This document shows positions 1 through 11,252 of a stretch of DNA of 64,000 nucleotides, in pieces. The translations under genes and the position numbers were made by a program. The notes beneath the pieces were generated by a model. The model searched no databases and was not told where the DNA came from. It saw only the letters and a list, made by a program, of their open reading frames with translations. Source of the stretch: an uncultured Thiomicrospira sp. (GTDB lineage Bacteria; Pseudomonadota; Gammaproteobacteria; CAKMZV01); the NCBI GenBank assembly GCA_965195345.1, contig OZ239628.1, positions 256,001 to 320,000 of the forward strand, given 5' to 3'. The first letter of the stretch is position 1. The number at the start of each line of letters is the position of its first letter.

Positions 1-734
1 ATGGACAAATGATTGCCACAGGCGTAGCATCCCCTTTCTTGACGCCTTTCAAATTAGCACTCATCAGCGGTATTTTTTTCACAATGCCGATAACGCTTTA
101 TCAATTATGGGCTTTCATTGCCCCTGGTTTATATCGAAATGAAAAACGCACGATGCTCCCACTATTAGCGGGGAGTATTTTTTTATTTTACGCTGGCGGA
201 GCATTTGCTTATTTTGTGGTGTTCCCTTTGGTATTTTCTTTTCTTGTTGGTGTTGCGCCAGAAGGCGTGCAGGTGGCAACGGACATCACCAACTATCTGG
301 ATTTTTCAATCAAAATGTTTTTCGCTTTTGGCATAGCCTTTCAAGTACCCATTGCGACAATATTATTGATAATCACAGATTTTGTCTCACCTAAGGCACT
401 ATCAGCAAAACGCCCGTACGTAATCGTTGGCTCTTTTGTATTAGGAATGCTGTTAACGCCTCCTGACATAATTTCTCAAACATTGTTGGCTTTACCAATG
501 TGGATATTGTTTGAAATAGGTGTCGTGCTTGGAAAATTCTTGTCGAAAAAACCAGAATCTGTACCGGGGAGCAATCAGAAGCAGGATTTCTCAGAAGATG
601 AGGACCCGTTTAATGAAAATACCCAAGATGCTTCATCGCCAAAAGATGACATTGATGAAGATGATTTTTTTGACGAGCTTGATGATGAACCCGATGACGC
701 GCCTGATGATGAGGCAAATAAGCCTAAAGAATAA
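1..734 (+). CDS. tatC: Twin-arginine translocase subunit TatC (5' truncated by window edge; long acidic C-terminal tail)
   Basis: MIATGVASPFLTPFKL, YQLWAFIAPGLYRNEK, FGIAFQVP and LLTPPDIISQTLLALPM are TatC signature segments. The frame is open upstream of the listed Met at 9. Confidence 0.95.
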   Translation, partial: GQMIATGVASPFLTPFKLALISGIFFTMPITLYQLWAFIAPGLYRNEKRTMLPLLAGSIFLFYAGGAFAYFVVFPLVFSFLVGVAPEGVQVATDITNYLDFSIKMFFAFGIAFQVPIATILLIITDFVSPKALSAKRPYVIVGSFVLGMLLTPPDIISQTLLALPMWILFEIGVVLGKFLSKKPESVPGSNQKQDFSEDEDPFNENTQDASSPKDDIDEDDFFDELDDEPDDAPDDEANKPKE

Positions 735-741
735 TTAGTTA

Positions 742-2889
742 TTAGATAGACTTTTTCTTTTCTAAACGTCGGCTGTGCAAGGTTGGTTCAGTATAGCCAT
801 TTGGAATGTCCATACCAAGATAGATTAAATCCTGCGCGGCCTTGAAAGCAATACCATCAAAGTTTGGACCCATCGGCTCATAGAGCGAATCGGTTGCATT
901 CTGATTATCGACAATGAGCGCCATTCTGCGAAGTGTCTCTTCTACCTGTTCTTTGGAGATAATGCCATGATGAAGCCAGTTTGCAATATGTTGAGAGGAG
1001 ATGCGCAAAGTAGCGCGATCTTCCATTAGTCCAACATTACTAATATCGAGTACCTTTGAACAGCCAACACCTTGGTTTACCCACCGAACGACATACCCAA
1101 GCAACCCTTGACAATTGTTGTCAAGTTCTTCTGTAATCTCTTCAACGCTCCATTGAGGATTTTCGGCAACTGGAATACAAAGAATGTCATCGAGTTTTGC
1201 GCTTTCGCGCTGAGCAATTTCTGCCTGCTGGGCGAACACATCAATCTTATGATAGTGCATAGCATGCAGCGTTGCTGCAACAGGAGAAGGAACCCATGCT
1301 GTATTGGCTCCAGATAATGGGTGTGCGATTTTTTGCTCCATCATTGCTGCCATGTTGTCTGGCTGCGCCCACATTCCTTTTCCAATTTGGGCAACACCAG
1401 ATAAACCACATTCAAGCCCAATATCAACATTGTTGTTTTCATAAGCATGAATCCAGCGGACATTTTTTAATTGACCTTTGCGCTCAAATGCGCCAGCGTG
1501 CATTGATGTGTGTATTTCGTCGCCAGTGCGGTCGAGAAAGCCCGTATTTATGAAAATTAATCGCGAACGTGCAACCTCTATACATGCACCTAAATTGATG
1601 CTTGTTCGGCGTTCTTCATCCATTATGCCGATTTTCAAAGTATTTTCAGCAAGGTCAAGTGCTTGTTCTACACGGGAAAATAAATCAACAGTAAACTGAA
1701 CTTCTTCAGGGCCGTGCATTTTAGGTTTTACGATGTAAACGCTTCCTTTGCGGGAGTTCTTATGGTGTATTTTAATATCGTGAATGGCAGCGAGTGATGT
1801 AATCATGGCATCAAGGATGCCTTCGGGGACTTCCTCTCCTGAAGCGGTTGTTACAGCAGGGCAAGTCATTAGATGACCAACATTGCGCACTAACAATAGT
1901 GATCGACCCGGTAAGGTTTTTTCTGAGCCGTTAGGGGCTTTATAATGTCTGTCTGGGCGTAGTTTTCGTGATAAAGGCTTTCCGTTTTTTGTCATGTCAA
2001 TTGACAAATCGCCTTTCATTAGTCCAAGCCAATTACGATAAACACGAATTTTATCTTCTGCATCAACAGCGGCAACAGAGTCTTCACAATCTTGGATGGT
2101 GGTTAATGCCGACTCCATAACAACATCTTTCAACCCACAAGGGCTGTTTTTTCCAATAATATTGTTGCGATCAAACTGCAATTCAATGTGCAGACCATTG
2201 TGCACCAATAAGACGACTTCAGGATTCGTTTCAGAGCCTGAAAATCCAGCAAAATGCGCTTGATTTGTTAGCGCAGTTTGCGACCCATCAGTCATGGTAA
2301 CATTTAAAGAAGACCCACTGATTTCAAATTGCTTCGCATCGGCATACTTCCCGTTTGCAAGGGGAACGTGTTCATCTAAAAAGCGATTGACGTAGTCCAC
2401 GACTTTTGCACCATGTTCTTCGTTGTAACTATTCCCTGTTGGTCTATTTCCAAGAACATCCGTACCATAAACGGCATCATAAAGCGAACCCCATCGAGCG
2501 TTTGCCGCGTTGATTGAATAACGGGCGTTGTCCACAGGCACAACAAGTTGAGGGCCTGCCATTGAAGCGATTTCTGGATCAATGTTTTTGGTATCGATTT
2601 TGGTGCAGGTATTTGACTCGATGAGATAGCCTATTTCTTTCAAAAAGGCTTTATACGCTTCAGGCGAATGCGTCTTGCCATTTTGCTTGTGCCAAGCATC
2701 GATTTTTTCTTGCAAATCGCATCTTTTTTTAAGAAGTTCTTTGTTTTTAGGCATGAAGTCGTCAATTATTTTACTTAACTCGTTCCAAAAATGAGAAGGT
2801 TCAACGTTTGTATCTGGAATGATGCATTCGTTAACAAGATGAAATAAATCTTTGTCGATTTGAAGATTGGCAATGCTTACTGTGCTCAT
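742..2889 (-). CDS. glcB: Malate synthase G
   Basis: 715 aa; GPQLVVP, NAANARWGSLYDA, DCEDSVAAVD, YIVKPKMHGPEEV, INTGFLDRTGDEIHT, LMEDRATLRISSQ. Confidence 0.97.
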   Translation of the reverse strand: MSTVSIANLQIDKDLFHLVNECIIPDTNVEPSHFWNELSKIIDDFMPKNKELLKKRCDLQEKIDAWHKQNGKTHSPEAYKAFLKEIGYLIESNTCTKIDTKNIDPEIASMAGPQLVVPVDNARYSINAANARWGSLYDAVYGTDVLGNRPTGNSYNEEHGAKVVDYVNRFLDEHVPLANGKYADAKQFEISGSSLNVTMTDGSQTALTNQAHFAGFSGSETNPEVVLLVHNGLHIELQFDRNNIIGKNSPCGLKDVVMESALTTIQDCEDSVAAVDAEDKIRVYRNWLGLMKGDLSIDMTKNGKPLSRKLRPDRHYKAPNGSEKTLPGRSLLLVRNVGHLMTCPAVTTASGEEVPEGILDAMITSLAAIHDIKIHHKNSRKGSVYIVKPKMHGPEEVQFTVDLFSRVEQALDLAENTLKIGIMDEERRTSINLGACIEVARSRLIFINTGFLDRTGDEIHTSMHAGAFERKGQLKNVRWIHAYENNNVDIGLECGLSGVAQIGKGMWAQPDNMAAMMEQKIAHPLSGANTAWVPSPVAATLHAMHYHKIDVFAQQAEIAQRESAKLDDILCIPVAENPQWSVEEITEELDNNCQGLLGYVVRWVNQGVGCSKVLDISNVGLMEDRATLRISSQHIANWLHHGIISKEQVEETLRRMALIVDNQNATDSLYEPMGPNFDGIAFKAAQDLIYLGMDIPNGYTEPTLHSRRLEKKKSI

Positions 2890-3010
2890 GAGGTTCTTAG
2901 AGGTGTGAAGGGATCAAAAATAAGAAGGATATATTATATCCTTATTGCGTTTAACTCGTATTTTACGAAAAAATCTTTTCAGAAATAGCAAAAATCGAGG
3001 GCTTGCGTAT

Positions 3011-3736
3011 CTAATGCAAATTAAAGCGCACTTGAACGCTTGCTTTAAAGACGATTTGTCCTGTGGCGTAATGATTTTTAGCGGAGTTGTTACCTGAACG
3101 GCGTGCGATATTGGCTTGAAAAGCAACAGGATGGTCAACATTTTGATTTTGCTGAATAACTTCAACAGGTTTGCCTAAGCGCGCGTTTAAGTTTTCGGCA
3201 ATGATTTTTGCACTGGCTTTTGCATTTTTTACTGCGAGGGCAAGCGCTTGATTGATCAAGTCGTTTTCGTGGGTTGAGCCAAATTGAGGAGGCGATAGTT
3301 GATTGATTCCAGTATCGAGTAATCCTTCAATAACACCGCCTAATTTACTCAAATCGCGCAAATTGATAACAATTGTTCTTGATACCTTATAGCCAGAAAA
3401 AATGCGCTTGTTTTCTTGAAATAGATATTCAGGCTGAATATTGATGAAACTTGTATTTACATTTTCTAAATCAACTTCAAATTGATTCAAAACGCCAACC
3501 GCTTTATCTACGACGGCATTGGCAGCAGTGCGTGCCTTTTTTATCGAAATGTCGCGTTCAATGATGGACAGGGTTAAGTATGCCATGTTAGGCGCAACTG
3601 AAACCTCTCCTTGACCAGTAACAAGTATGCCCGTTTGTTTCAATGTCCCTAATACAGATATAGACTGCTTCGATTGCGCAACGATTGGTGCAATAAGCAA
3701 TAGCATCAGAGACAGTCTTGTTAGATGAGAGAACAT
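3011..3736 (-). CDS. SIMPL/DUF541 (YggE/BP26-like) periplasmic protein
   Basis: Signal peptide; VTGQGEVSVAPNMAYL, IQPEY, GYKVSRTIVI, ALALAVKNAKASAKIIA. Confidence 0.85.
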   Translation of the reverse strand: MFSHLTRLSLMLLLIAPIVAQSKQSISVLGTLKQTGILVTGQGEVSVAPNMAYLTLSIIERDISIKKARTAANAVVDKAVGVLNQFEVDLENVNTSFINIQPEYLFQENKRIFSGYKVSRTIVINLRDLSKLGGVIEGLLDTGINQLSPPQFGSTHENDLINQALALAVKNAKASAKIIAENLNARLGKPVEVIQQNQNVDHPVAFQANIARRSGNNSAKNHYATGQIVFKASVQVRFNLH

Positions 3737-3794
3737 TAAACCCTTTTATTTATAGACGTATATTTTTTATTTACAAACAATGATTGTCGCATTT

Positions 3795-4982
3795 TTAAGT
3801 GCGGTATTCAGCATTTATTCGGACGTACTCATGACTTAAGTCGCAAGTCCACACGGTTGTTTTAGCCGTTCCTTGACTCAAATCCACTGACAGAACAAAA
3901 GAATCTTTTTGAATGACTTTATCGACTAAAGTTTCGTTGTAATTATTCGGGAGTGCGCCGTTAGTTAGTATGGGAATATTGCCTAAAGCGATATTAACTT
4001 TGCTGAAATCAAGATTGGCAACGCCACAACGACCCAATGCTGCCGCGATCCGACCGATATTCGCATCTTCAGCGAAAAAGGCGGTTTTTACTAAAGGAGA
4101 GTGCGCTATTGTAAAAGCTGCTTTTCTGCAATCTTCTACACTTTGACCGCCATTTACTTGAATTTCTATGAGTTTAGTCGCACCTTCACCGTCTTTAATA
4201 ATCGCTTTAGCGAGTTCTTGAGAAAGCGCACAAAGTGCCTCAAGCCATGGTTGCCAAAATTTGCTGTCAACGCTATCAATGTACACCCCTTTACTGGTGG
4301 TGGTTAACGTGCAGGAGTCGTTTGTTGATGTATCGCCATCAACACTAATGCAGTTGAACGACTGCTCTACGGCTGTCTTCAAAGCTCTATCTGTTAGTTC
4401 TTTTGACAGGCGTACATCGCTGAACATAAATCCGAGCATAGTCGCCATGTTTGGACAAATCATGCCTGACCCTTTTGAAATCCCCGAAAGATGCATTATC
4501 TCACCATCCACTGTAACCGTTTTTGATGCAAACTTTGGTTGTGTGTCGGTTGTCATTATCGCTTCAGCGGCTTGTTTAAGGTTTGCCGATCCTAAAGAAA
4601 GCATGCAGTCGCTAATGCCTTGCTCTAAGTTTTGCCATGCGAGCGCAGAGTTGATAACACCTGTTGAAAAGAGTAAAACTTGTTTTTGTTGACAGCCAGA
4701 AAGCGCAGCAATTTTTGCTGCCGATTGTCGGGCAACCTCTAAGCCTGCTTGCCCTAAACCACAATTGGCATTGCCACTATTGACAAGTAAGTAACGCGTT
4801 CCTTCGTTTGTCGCAAGATGTTCTTTACTGACGATAACCGGCGCTGCTACATAATGATTTTGAGTAAAGACTGCAGCGGTTTGACTGTCAGGAGGCAACG
4901 CTACTAATAAACAGTCTGCTGTGGCATTACTTTTTATACCAGCAGCAGACGTTGCAAGCCTAATTCCGTATAAATCCGACAT
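3795..4982 (-). CDS. argJ: Bifunctional ornithine acetyltransferase / N-acetylglutamate synthase
   Basis: VNSGNAN, AIMTTDT, KGSGMICPNMATML, DGDTSTND, DGEGATK, WTCDLSHEYVRINAEYRT. Confidence 0.97.
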   Translation of the reverse strand: MSDLYGIRLATSAAGIKSNATADCLLVALPPDSQTAAVFTQNHYVAAPVIVSKEHLATNEGTRYLLVNSGNANCGLGQAGLEVARQSAAKIAALSGCQQKQVLLFSTGVINSALAWQNLEQGISDCMLSLGSANLKQAAEAIMTTDTQPKFASKTVTVDGEIMHLSGISKGSGMICPNMATMLGFMFSDVRLSKELTDRALKTAVEQSFNCISVDGDTSTNDSCTLTTTSKGVYIDSVDSKFWQPWLEALCALSQELAKAIIKDGEGATKLIEIQVNGGQSVEDCRKAAFTIAHSPLVKTAFFAEDANIGRIAAALGRCGVANLDFSKVNIALGNIPILTNGALPNNYNETLVDKVIQKDSFVLSVDLSQGTAKTTVWTCDLSHEYVRINAEYRT

Positions 4983-5005
4983 TTTCGAGGATTTTAAGCG
5001 ACCAA

Positions 5006-5608
5006 TTAAACATTAGGGTTTGTTTTCTTATAAATAGCATGATCCTTGACTTTCAGCAGCCATTGCGCTAAATTTGGGTATTTACTGCGCCATAATCCAA
5101 AATCGGCTTCTCTTAGAGGTTCGCTGCGAAGATCAATGTATTCAAGCAACGTAATCAATGAAATTTCAACCAAACTTAACGGCTCAGGGAGTTCAAAAAC
5201 CTGATCAAACCATTCTAATGTACGGTGTATGGAGAGCCAAGATTGATCGTACTTATTAGCATCGGAAGTTTTACGCATGCCTTCCAACATCATGACAATG
5301 CAATAGTCCATGGCGCCATCAATTAACGCAACTTTGTTTAGGTCTTGCCATTTATTGTCGCCTTGAGAGATTAAATTCAAGTGAGAATGGGTGTCAAGCA
5401 AATAACGAATTATTAAGCTACTGTCAATGATGCTGTCTCCATTATCCAAAACCAATGTGGGCACTCTTGACAATGGGTTATGAGCCATAAGCTCTGCGGG
5501 ACGTTCATGCGGATTGAGCACGGTAAATTCATAGGGCTTTTCTGCGAGCTCTAAAACGACTCGAACTTTGCGTACAAAAGGTGATGTAGGACTTCCATAT
5601 AAGCGCAT
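5006..5608 (-). CDS. Glutathione S-transferase family protein (YibF-like)
   Basis: LYGSPTSPFVRKVRV, NPLSRVPTL and DSSLIIRYL are GST N-domain motifs. Confidence 0.88.
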   Translation of the reverse strand: MRLYGSPTSPFVRKVRVVLELAEKPYEFTVLNPHERPAELMAHNPLSRVPTLVLDNGDSIIDSSLIIRYLLDTHSHLNLISQGDNKWQDLNKVALIDGAMDYCIVMMLEGMRKTSDANKYDQSWLSIHRTLEWFDQVFELPEPLSLVEISLITLLEYIDLRSEPLREADFGLWRSKYPNLAQWLLKVKDHAIYKKTNPNV

Positions 5609-5623
5609 AATAAATACTCCAGT

Positions 5624-8080
5624 TTAATGAGATTCTAAGGGTTTAACAACAAAATTAATGAGTCTTTTCGGAACGTAGATGGTTTTTAAGCGATGGTGAT
5701 TGCTTACGTGGCTTTTCACTACGGAATCAGCCAATGCCTCTTCTTCAATTTGTTCTTGAGAAGCATCCACTCCTATTTGCAATTTGGCGCGCAGTTTTCC
5801 GTTTACTTGGACAATCAATTGAAATTGAGAGCGCGATAGAGCCTCTTCATCAATAGCGGGCCAAGGCTGATTCATTATCAGCCCATCACAACCAAAATCT
5901 TGCCATAATTGTTGGGTAATATGTGGAACAATTGGAGAGAGAACCAAAAGACAGGTAATAATTCCTTCATTCAAGGCGGCTTGATCTTCAGGACAGTGGA
6001 CATCAAACTTTCCAAGAACGTTCATCATTTCCATTACCGCAGCGATGGCCGTATTAAAATGATGCCGTTGACCAATATCTCGCGAAGCACGCGATATGGC
6101 AGTATGGATATGATGGCGTAAGTTTTTTTGTTTTTCGCTCCACTTTTCAGGTTTTTCGCTGTCTTTTCCTGTATTTTCGATTGTTATTCGCCATAGTCGA
6201 TTTAAAAAGCGAGAACAGCCTTCAACCCCTGAATCTGACCATTCAAGAGAATGCTCAGGTGGGGCAGCAAACATGGTAAACAAGCGTACGGTATCCGCTC
6301 CGTATTTATCAATAAGCTCTTGTGGATTAACGGTGTTGCCTTTGGATTTAGACATTTTTTCGCCGTTTTTTAAAACCATTCCCTGTGTTAGGAGGTTTTT
6401 AAAGGGTTCATTGCCAGTAAGCAGTCCCTCGTCGCGCATTAGTTTATGAAAGAATCGGGCATAAAGTAGATGCAATATGGCGTGTTCAATGCCACCAACG
6501 TATTGATCAACAGGCAACCATTTATCAAGGGAGCTTTCAAACATGCTGGATGATGTGTCACGACATAGAAAACGAGCGTAATACCAAGAGGATTCAAAAA
6601 ACGTGTCAAAAGTGTCCGTTTCTCGTGAAGCGTCCTTACCGCATTTTGGACAGCTGCATTCTTTAAAAGATGCGATGCTTGATAAGGGCGATCCCGTGTC
6701 TCCAAGTGCTTCAATTTCAGGCAAAATAACAGGAAGGTCTTTTTCTGGAACGGCAACCGCTCCACATTCATCACAGTATATAACGGGGATAGGACAACCC
6801 CAATAGCGTTGTCTGGAAACGCCCCAATCACGCAAACGGTATTGAGAGGTTACTTTGCCAGCATCGTGTTTTGATAAATGGTCTCCAATTGCCGTAAACG
6901 CAGTGTCAAAATCCATGCCGTCAAAAGCACCACTGTTGCATAAAATGCCGTGATCAGTATAAGCATCTTCTTCGATATTAACGTTCTCTGAAGAACAAGG
7001 TTGGATAACTTGAACAATGGGCAAGTTGTATTTTTTAGCGAATGCATGATCACGCACGTCATGCGCGGGAACAGACATAACCGCTCCTGTTCCATAACCC
7101 ATCAAGACAAAGTTTGCAATCCAGATGGGCAGCTTTTCATTTGAAATGGGGTGAGTGGCATAGATGCCAGAAAAAATTCCTTCCTTCTCGAGCGTTTCAA
7201 TGCTCGATTGACTAACACCGGTATGCTTGCATTTAGCGATAAAATCTAAAATAGCAGGATCTTTAATATCGGCGAGTAAAGGGTGTTCAGCAGCGATTGC
7301 CATGTACGTTGCACCCATAAGAGTATCAGGGCGTGTTGAATAGACACGTAAGGATGCTTGTTGATCCGCTAACTTGAACTCGATTTCCATTCCTTCAGAG
7401 TAGCCAATCCAGTTGCGCTGCATATTGATTACTGAAGCAGGCCAACCTTCGAAATCATCAAGAGAATCCAGTAATTCTGGAGCATAATCAGTAATTTTCA
7501 AAAACCATTGCGGAATCTCACGCCGTTCCACCAACGCGCCTGAGCGCCACCCACGCCCATCAATAACCTGCTCATTAGCAAGCACCGTTTGATCGATGGG
7601 GTCCCAGTTGACAACGCTATTTTTGCGATACGCAATACCCTTTTCTAACAAACGAGTGAAAAACCACTGTTCCCAACGATAGTAATCGGGATGGCAAGTA
7701 GCAATTTCGTGATTCCAATCGTATGCCAAACCTAATCGCTGGAATTGCTGGCGCATGTAACGAATATTATCGTAAGTCCACTTTGCGGGGGGAACCTTAT
7801 TCTTTATAGCTGCATTTTCAGCGGGTAGCCCAAAGGCATCCCAACCCATAGGTTGAAATACTTTTTTCCCAAGCATTCGTTGATAACGTGAGATGACATC
7901 GCCAATGGTGTAATTACGGACATGCCCCATGTGCAACTGCCCTGATGGGTAGGGAAACATGGAAAGGCAATAGTATGTGTCGTCAGGATGTGCCGTAGTA
8001 ACATCCGTTACAAAAGCATTTTCTTTATCCCAGCGCGCTTGAGTATCTTGTTCAACTAAACAAGGATTGTATGTTTTCAT
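5624..8080 (-). CDS. leuS: Leucine--tRNA ligase
   Basis: [13 protein letters not shown] (HIGH), KMSKS, editing-domain STRPDT and [12 protein letters not shown]. Confidence 0.98.
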   Translation of the reverse strand: MKTYNPCLVEQDTQARWDKENAFVTDVTTAHPDDTYYCLSMFPYPSGQLHMGHVRNYTIGDVISRYQRMLGKKVFQPMGWDAFGLPAENAAIKNKVPPAKWTYDNIRYMRQQFQRLGLAYDWNHEIATCHPDYYRWEQWFFTRLLEKGIAYRKNSVVNWDPIDQTVLANEQVIDGRGWRSGALVERREIPQWFLKITDYAPELLDSLDDFEGWPASVINMQRNWIGYSEGMEIEFKLADQQASLRVYSTRPDTLMGATYMAIAAEHPLLADIKDPAILDFIAKCKHTGVSQSSIETLEKEGIFSGIYATHPISNEKLPIWIANFVLMGYGTGAVMSVPAHDVRDHAFAKKYNLPIVQVIQPCSSENVNIEEDAYTDHGILCNSGAFDGMDFDTAFTAIGDHLSKHDAGKVTSQYRLRDWGVSRQRYWGCPIPVIYCDECGAVAVPEKDLPVILPEIEALGDTGSPLSSIASFKECSCPKCGKDASRETDTFDTFFESSWYYARFLCRDTSSSMFESSLDKWLPVDQYVGGIEHAILHLLYARFFHKLMRDEGLLTGNEPFKNLLTQGMVLKNGEKMSKSKGNTVNPQELIDKYGADTVRLFTMFAAPPEHSLEWSDSGVEGCSRFLNRLWRITIENTGKDSEKPEKWSEKQKNLRHHIHTAISRASRDIGQRHHFNTAIAAVMEMMNVLGKFDVHCPEDQAALNEGIITCLLVLSPIVPHITQQLWQDFGCDGLIMNQPWPAIDEEALSRSQFQLIVQVNGKLRAKLQIGVDASQEQIEEEALADSVVKSHVSNHHRLKTIYVPKRLINFVVKPLESH

Positions 8081-8098
8081 TAAATAAAATTTGGAACG

Positions 8099-9013
8099 CT
8101 ATCCATTAACTTTTTCAAGCGATAGCAAGTCATTAACCGATAAACAGGCAAGTTGCTTGTCAATACGCCGAACAAGCGTACTTAAAACATTTCCAGGCCC
8201 ACATTCATAGGACTGTCGTACTCCTTTATTCACGATGAGTTGAATGTTTTCTACCCAACGTACAGGCAAGTAAAGTTGTTCACACAGCGCTTCAATAATT
8301 TCGCTTGGAGACTGTAACGCCACCGCTTGTGCATTGGAGACCACAGGTGTGTGCACTGCGTTAATATCCATAGAGGATAAGTATTGGTTCAATTCGTCTG
8401 CTGCCTCGCGCATTAATAGGCAATGCGATGGAACACTAACAGCCAGCGGAACCACACGCTTTGCCCCTCGGGCAATAATTTTTTCGCAGGCATTGCTCAC
8501 CGCATCAGCAGAGCCAGCAATAACTGTTTGCCCAATGGAATTAAAATTTGCAGGGGAAACGATTCCTTGCGTTTGTTCGCAAACTTCGGCGATTATGTCG
8601 TTATCAAGACCGATAATTGCCGCCATGGAGCCTGTACCAGACGGTACAGCATTTTGCATCAATTTGCCACGTGTCTGTACTAATCGTAATGCGTCTGAAA
8701 AAGTGAACGCTTGTGCCGCCGTAAGAGCGGTGTACTCACCCAAAGAATGCCCCGCAAAAATATCGGCAGTGATGCCTTTCTCACTTTGTAGAATATGCCA
8801 AACTGCAATGCTTGCAGTGAGCAAAATGGGTTGCGTGTTCGCTGTTAAATTCAATGAGCTTTCATCTTCTTGGCTCATTTTCCACACATCAAAACCGAGA
8901 GTGTCTGATGCTTCTACATAAAGAGCTTTGACAGAAGGGAAATGTTGATGCAACTCTTTTAGCATTCCAATGCTTTGCGAGCCTTGGCCTGGAAATAATA
9001 TGGCTGTCTTCAT
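8099..9013 (-). CDS. fabD: Malonyl-CoA:ACP transacylase
   Basis: FPGQGSQ, GHSLGEY, VSVPSHC. Confidence 0.97.
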   Translation of the reverse strand: MKTAILFPGQGSQSIGMLKELHQHFPSVKALYVEASDTLGFDVWKMSQEDESSLNLTANTQPILLTASIAVWHILQSEKGITADIFAGHSLGEYTALTAAQAFTFSDALRLVQTRGKLMQNAVPSGTGSMAAIIGLDNDIIAEVCEQTQGIVSPANFNSIGQTVIAGSADAVSNACEKIIARGAKRVVPLAVSVPSHCLLMREAADELNQYLSSMDINAVHTPVVSNAQAVALQSPSEIIEALCEQLYLPVRWVENIQLIVNKGVRQSYECGPGNVLSTLVRRIDKQLACLSVNDLLSLEKVNG

Positions 9014-9057
9014 TGTTCTAATTAATATTGAAGTAATAATTTTATAAAATCAAGTTT

Positions 9058-10020
9058 TCACATACGAACTAAAGCGGATCCCCAAGTAAAGCCTCCTCCA
9101 AAAGCTTCCATCAGCACCACTTCACCTTCTTTAATTCGCCCGTCGCTTACTGCCTCATTCAAAGCAAGCGGAATCGATGCAGCAGAAGTGTTTGCGTGTT
9201 TATTGACCGTAACAACGACACTATCCATTGAAATGCCGAGTTTTTTGGCAAGCGCCTTGATGATTCGTAAGTTTGCTTGGTGCGGAACCATCCAGACGAT
9301 ATCGCTCCTCTCCATGTTGCCTTTCTGTAAGGTGGTATCGAGCAATGCGCTCATTTTTTCGACCGCTTCACGAAATACCTCTTTGCCCTTCATGTGGACA
9401 AATGCAGGCTCTTGGTCAGGGTAGATGCTACGATTACCGGGGACATGCAACAACTCTTCATGCTTACCATCAGCGTGTAACTGCGTTGCTAAGATGCCTG
9501 CAACATTGTTTTTTTGCAGAACGACAGCACCCGAGCCGTCACCAAAGAGGACACAAGTGGAGCGATCGTTCCAATCTAAAATGCGAGAAAAAGCTTCAGC
9601 CCCAATAACCAGTGCATTTTTTACTTCTCCCGTGCGAATAAATTGATCGGCAACGCTCAAAGCATAGATAAAGCCACAACACACCGCTTGCACATCAAAA
9701 GCCGCGCAACCATTTGCTCCGAGGCGATGTTGTAAGGTGGAGGCAACTGAGGGAAAAACTTTATCAGGTGTGGTCGTTGCAATAACAATTAAATCCAATT
9801 CAGAATGGGCGATGCCAGCTCGCATGAGTGCTTGACGTGCAGCATTTTCAGCCAAATCTGTAGTGCTTTCATTGTCTGCTACAACATGTCGTTGGGCGAT
9901 GCCAGTCCTTGCTTTAATCCACTCATCAGTTGTATCGATACGCTGAGATAGCTCATCATTCGTGACAATACGACTTGGTAAATAAGATCCAGTACCGATA
10001 ATTTTTGAAAAATTAGCCAT
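9058..10020 (-). CDS. fabH: 3-oxoacyl-ACP synthase III
   Basis: GTGSYLP, AFDVQAVCCGF, FGDGSGA, PHQAN, NTSAASIP, AFGGGFTWG. ATG at 10020 is preferred over the upstream start that overlaps plsX. Confidence 0.97.
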   Translation of the reverse strand: MANFSKIIGTGSYLPSRIVTNDELSQRIDTTDEWIKARTGIAQRHVVADNESTTDLAENAARQALMRAGIAHSELDLIVIATTTPDKVFPSVASTLQHRLGANGCAAFDVQAVCCGFIYALSVADQFIRTGEVKNALVIGAEAFSRILDWNDRSTCVLFGDGSGAVVLQKNNVAGILATQLHADGKHEELLHVPGNRSIYPDQEPAFVHMKGKEVFREAVEKMSALLDTTLQKGNMERSDIVWMVPHQANLRIIKALAKKLGISMDSVVVTVNKHANTSAASIPLALNEAVSDGRIKEGEVVLMEAFGGGFTWGSALVRM

Positions 10021-10022
10021 TT

Positions 10023-11036
10023 TTAGCACGTCGCCTGAGGAATAACGTGAGACATTCTATCAATAATGTTATTACGCACTTGATCGTAAGCAACCTCAAT
10101 GGCGTGCAAAAATCCCTCTTGATTGGCAGATCCGTGGCTTTTAACGACCACGCCTCGTAACCCAAGTAGGCTTGCACCGTTGTATTTACTCGGTGAAAGT
10201 TTATACGACAGCGGTTTAAGTACGCTTTTGTATGTGATCAACCCTAAGAAACGCGTCCATAAATTCTTATTGAATTCAATTTTCATGTCGTTTTTTATCA
10301 TCCGCGAGACGGATTCGCTTGCTTTCAATGCTATGTTCCCTTCAAAGCCATTCATTACAATCACATTACACTCGCCTTGAAAAAAAGCATCGCCTTCAAC
10401 ATAACCCATGTAATTTAGATCTGTTTTGAGTAAGGCGTCGTGCGCCTCCTTTACTTTGAGAGCCCCTTTCATCTCCTCAGAACCAACGTTCATCAATCCC
10501 ACTTTTGGTCTATCAACATTGTGCAACACCTCAACCAATGCAGAACCCATTAGTGCAAACTGCATCAACATTTTAGGGCTTGCTTCTAAGTTAGCTCCAA
10601 GGTCTAATGCGTATCGAGGGTAATCTATGGGGGGCATTTGTGAACATATCGCAGGACGATCAACGCCTTCTATGGTTTTAAGCACGTATTTGGCTATAGC
10701 AACCAATGCCCCTGTGTTGCCAGCACTGACACAGGCATCGGTGGATTCATTTTTAACCGAGTCGATTGCTAAGCGCATGGAAGATTGTTTTTTATTTCTC
10801 AAGGCGCTTAATGGAAGCTCATCCATGCTGATTGTCTCAGAGGATGGAACGATCTCAAAGCGATCGGCCAAACCAGAAAATTCCGCCAGAGACGAGAAGC
10901 GTGTTATAGCTGCGTCCTCTCCGAAAAAAAATATTTTTAAGTCAAGGTTTCTTTCCAATGCTTTCATAGAAGCAGGAACCGTCACCTCAGCACCGTAGTC
11001 GCCCCCCATCACGTCTACGGCTAAGCAAATGGTCAT
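10023..11036 (-). CDS. plsX: Phosphate acyltransferase PlsX
   Basis: AVDVMGGDYG, VSAGNTGAL, DLGAN, GFEGNIALK, VVKSHGS. Confidence 0.96.
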   Translation of the reverse strand: MTICLAVDVMGGDYGAEVTVPASMKALERNLDLKIFFFGEDAAITRFSSLAEFSGLADRFEIVPSSETISMDELPLSALRNKKQSSMRLAIDSVKNESTDACVSAGNTGALVAIAKYVLKTIEGVDRPAICSQMPPIDYPRYALDLGANLEASPKMLMQFALMGSALVEVLHNVDRPKVGLMNVGSEEMKGALKVKEAHDALLKTDLNYMGYVEGDAFFQGECNVIVMNGFEGNIALKASESVSRMIKNDMKIEFNKNLWTRFLGLITYKSVLKPLSYKLSPSKYNGASLLGLRGVVVKSHGSANQEGFLHAIEVAYDQVRNNIIDRMSHVIPQATC

Positions 11037-11234
11037 TTATTCTTGGACGTCTTCAATTACTTCGGGTTTTTTGATCACTTGTACGCCACGGTAGTAACCA
11101 TCCGCTGTCATATGATGACGCAAGTGTGTCTCTCCAGAAGTTGGGTCAATGCTCAAGGTTTTTGCTTTTAAAGCATCATGAGAGCGTCTTTGGTCGCGCT
11201 TAGAACGCGTTTTACGATTTTTTTGAACAGCCAT
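11037..11234 (-). CDS. rpmF: 50S ribosomal protein L32
   Basis: [22 protein letters not shown]...GETHLRHH. Confidence 0.97.
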   Translation of the reverse strand: MAVQKNRKTRSKRDQRRSHDALKAKTLSIDPTSGETHLRHHMTADGYYRGVQVIKKPEVIEDVQE

Positions 11235-11252
11235 TGTTAATCTCCTTTCTCT

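Noticed and set aside
6330-6400. LeuS lacking the leucine-specific insertion before KMSKS
   Set aside because: A known natural variation among bacterial LeuRS enzymes; not novel.
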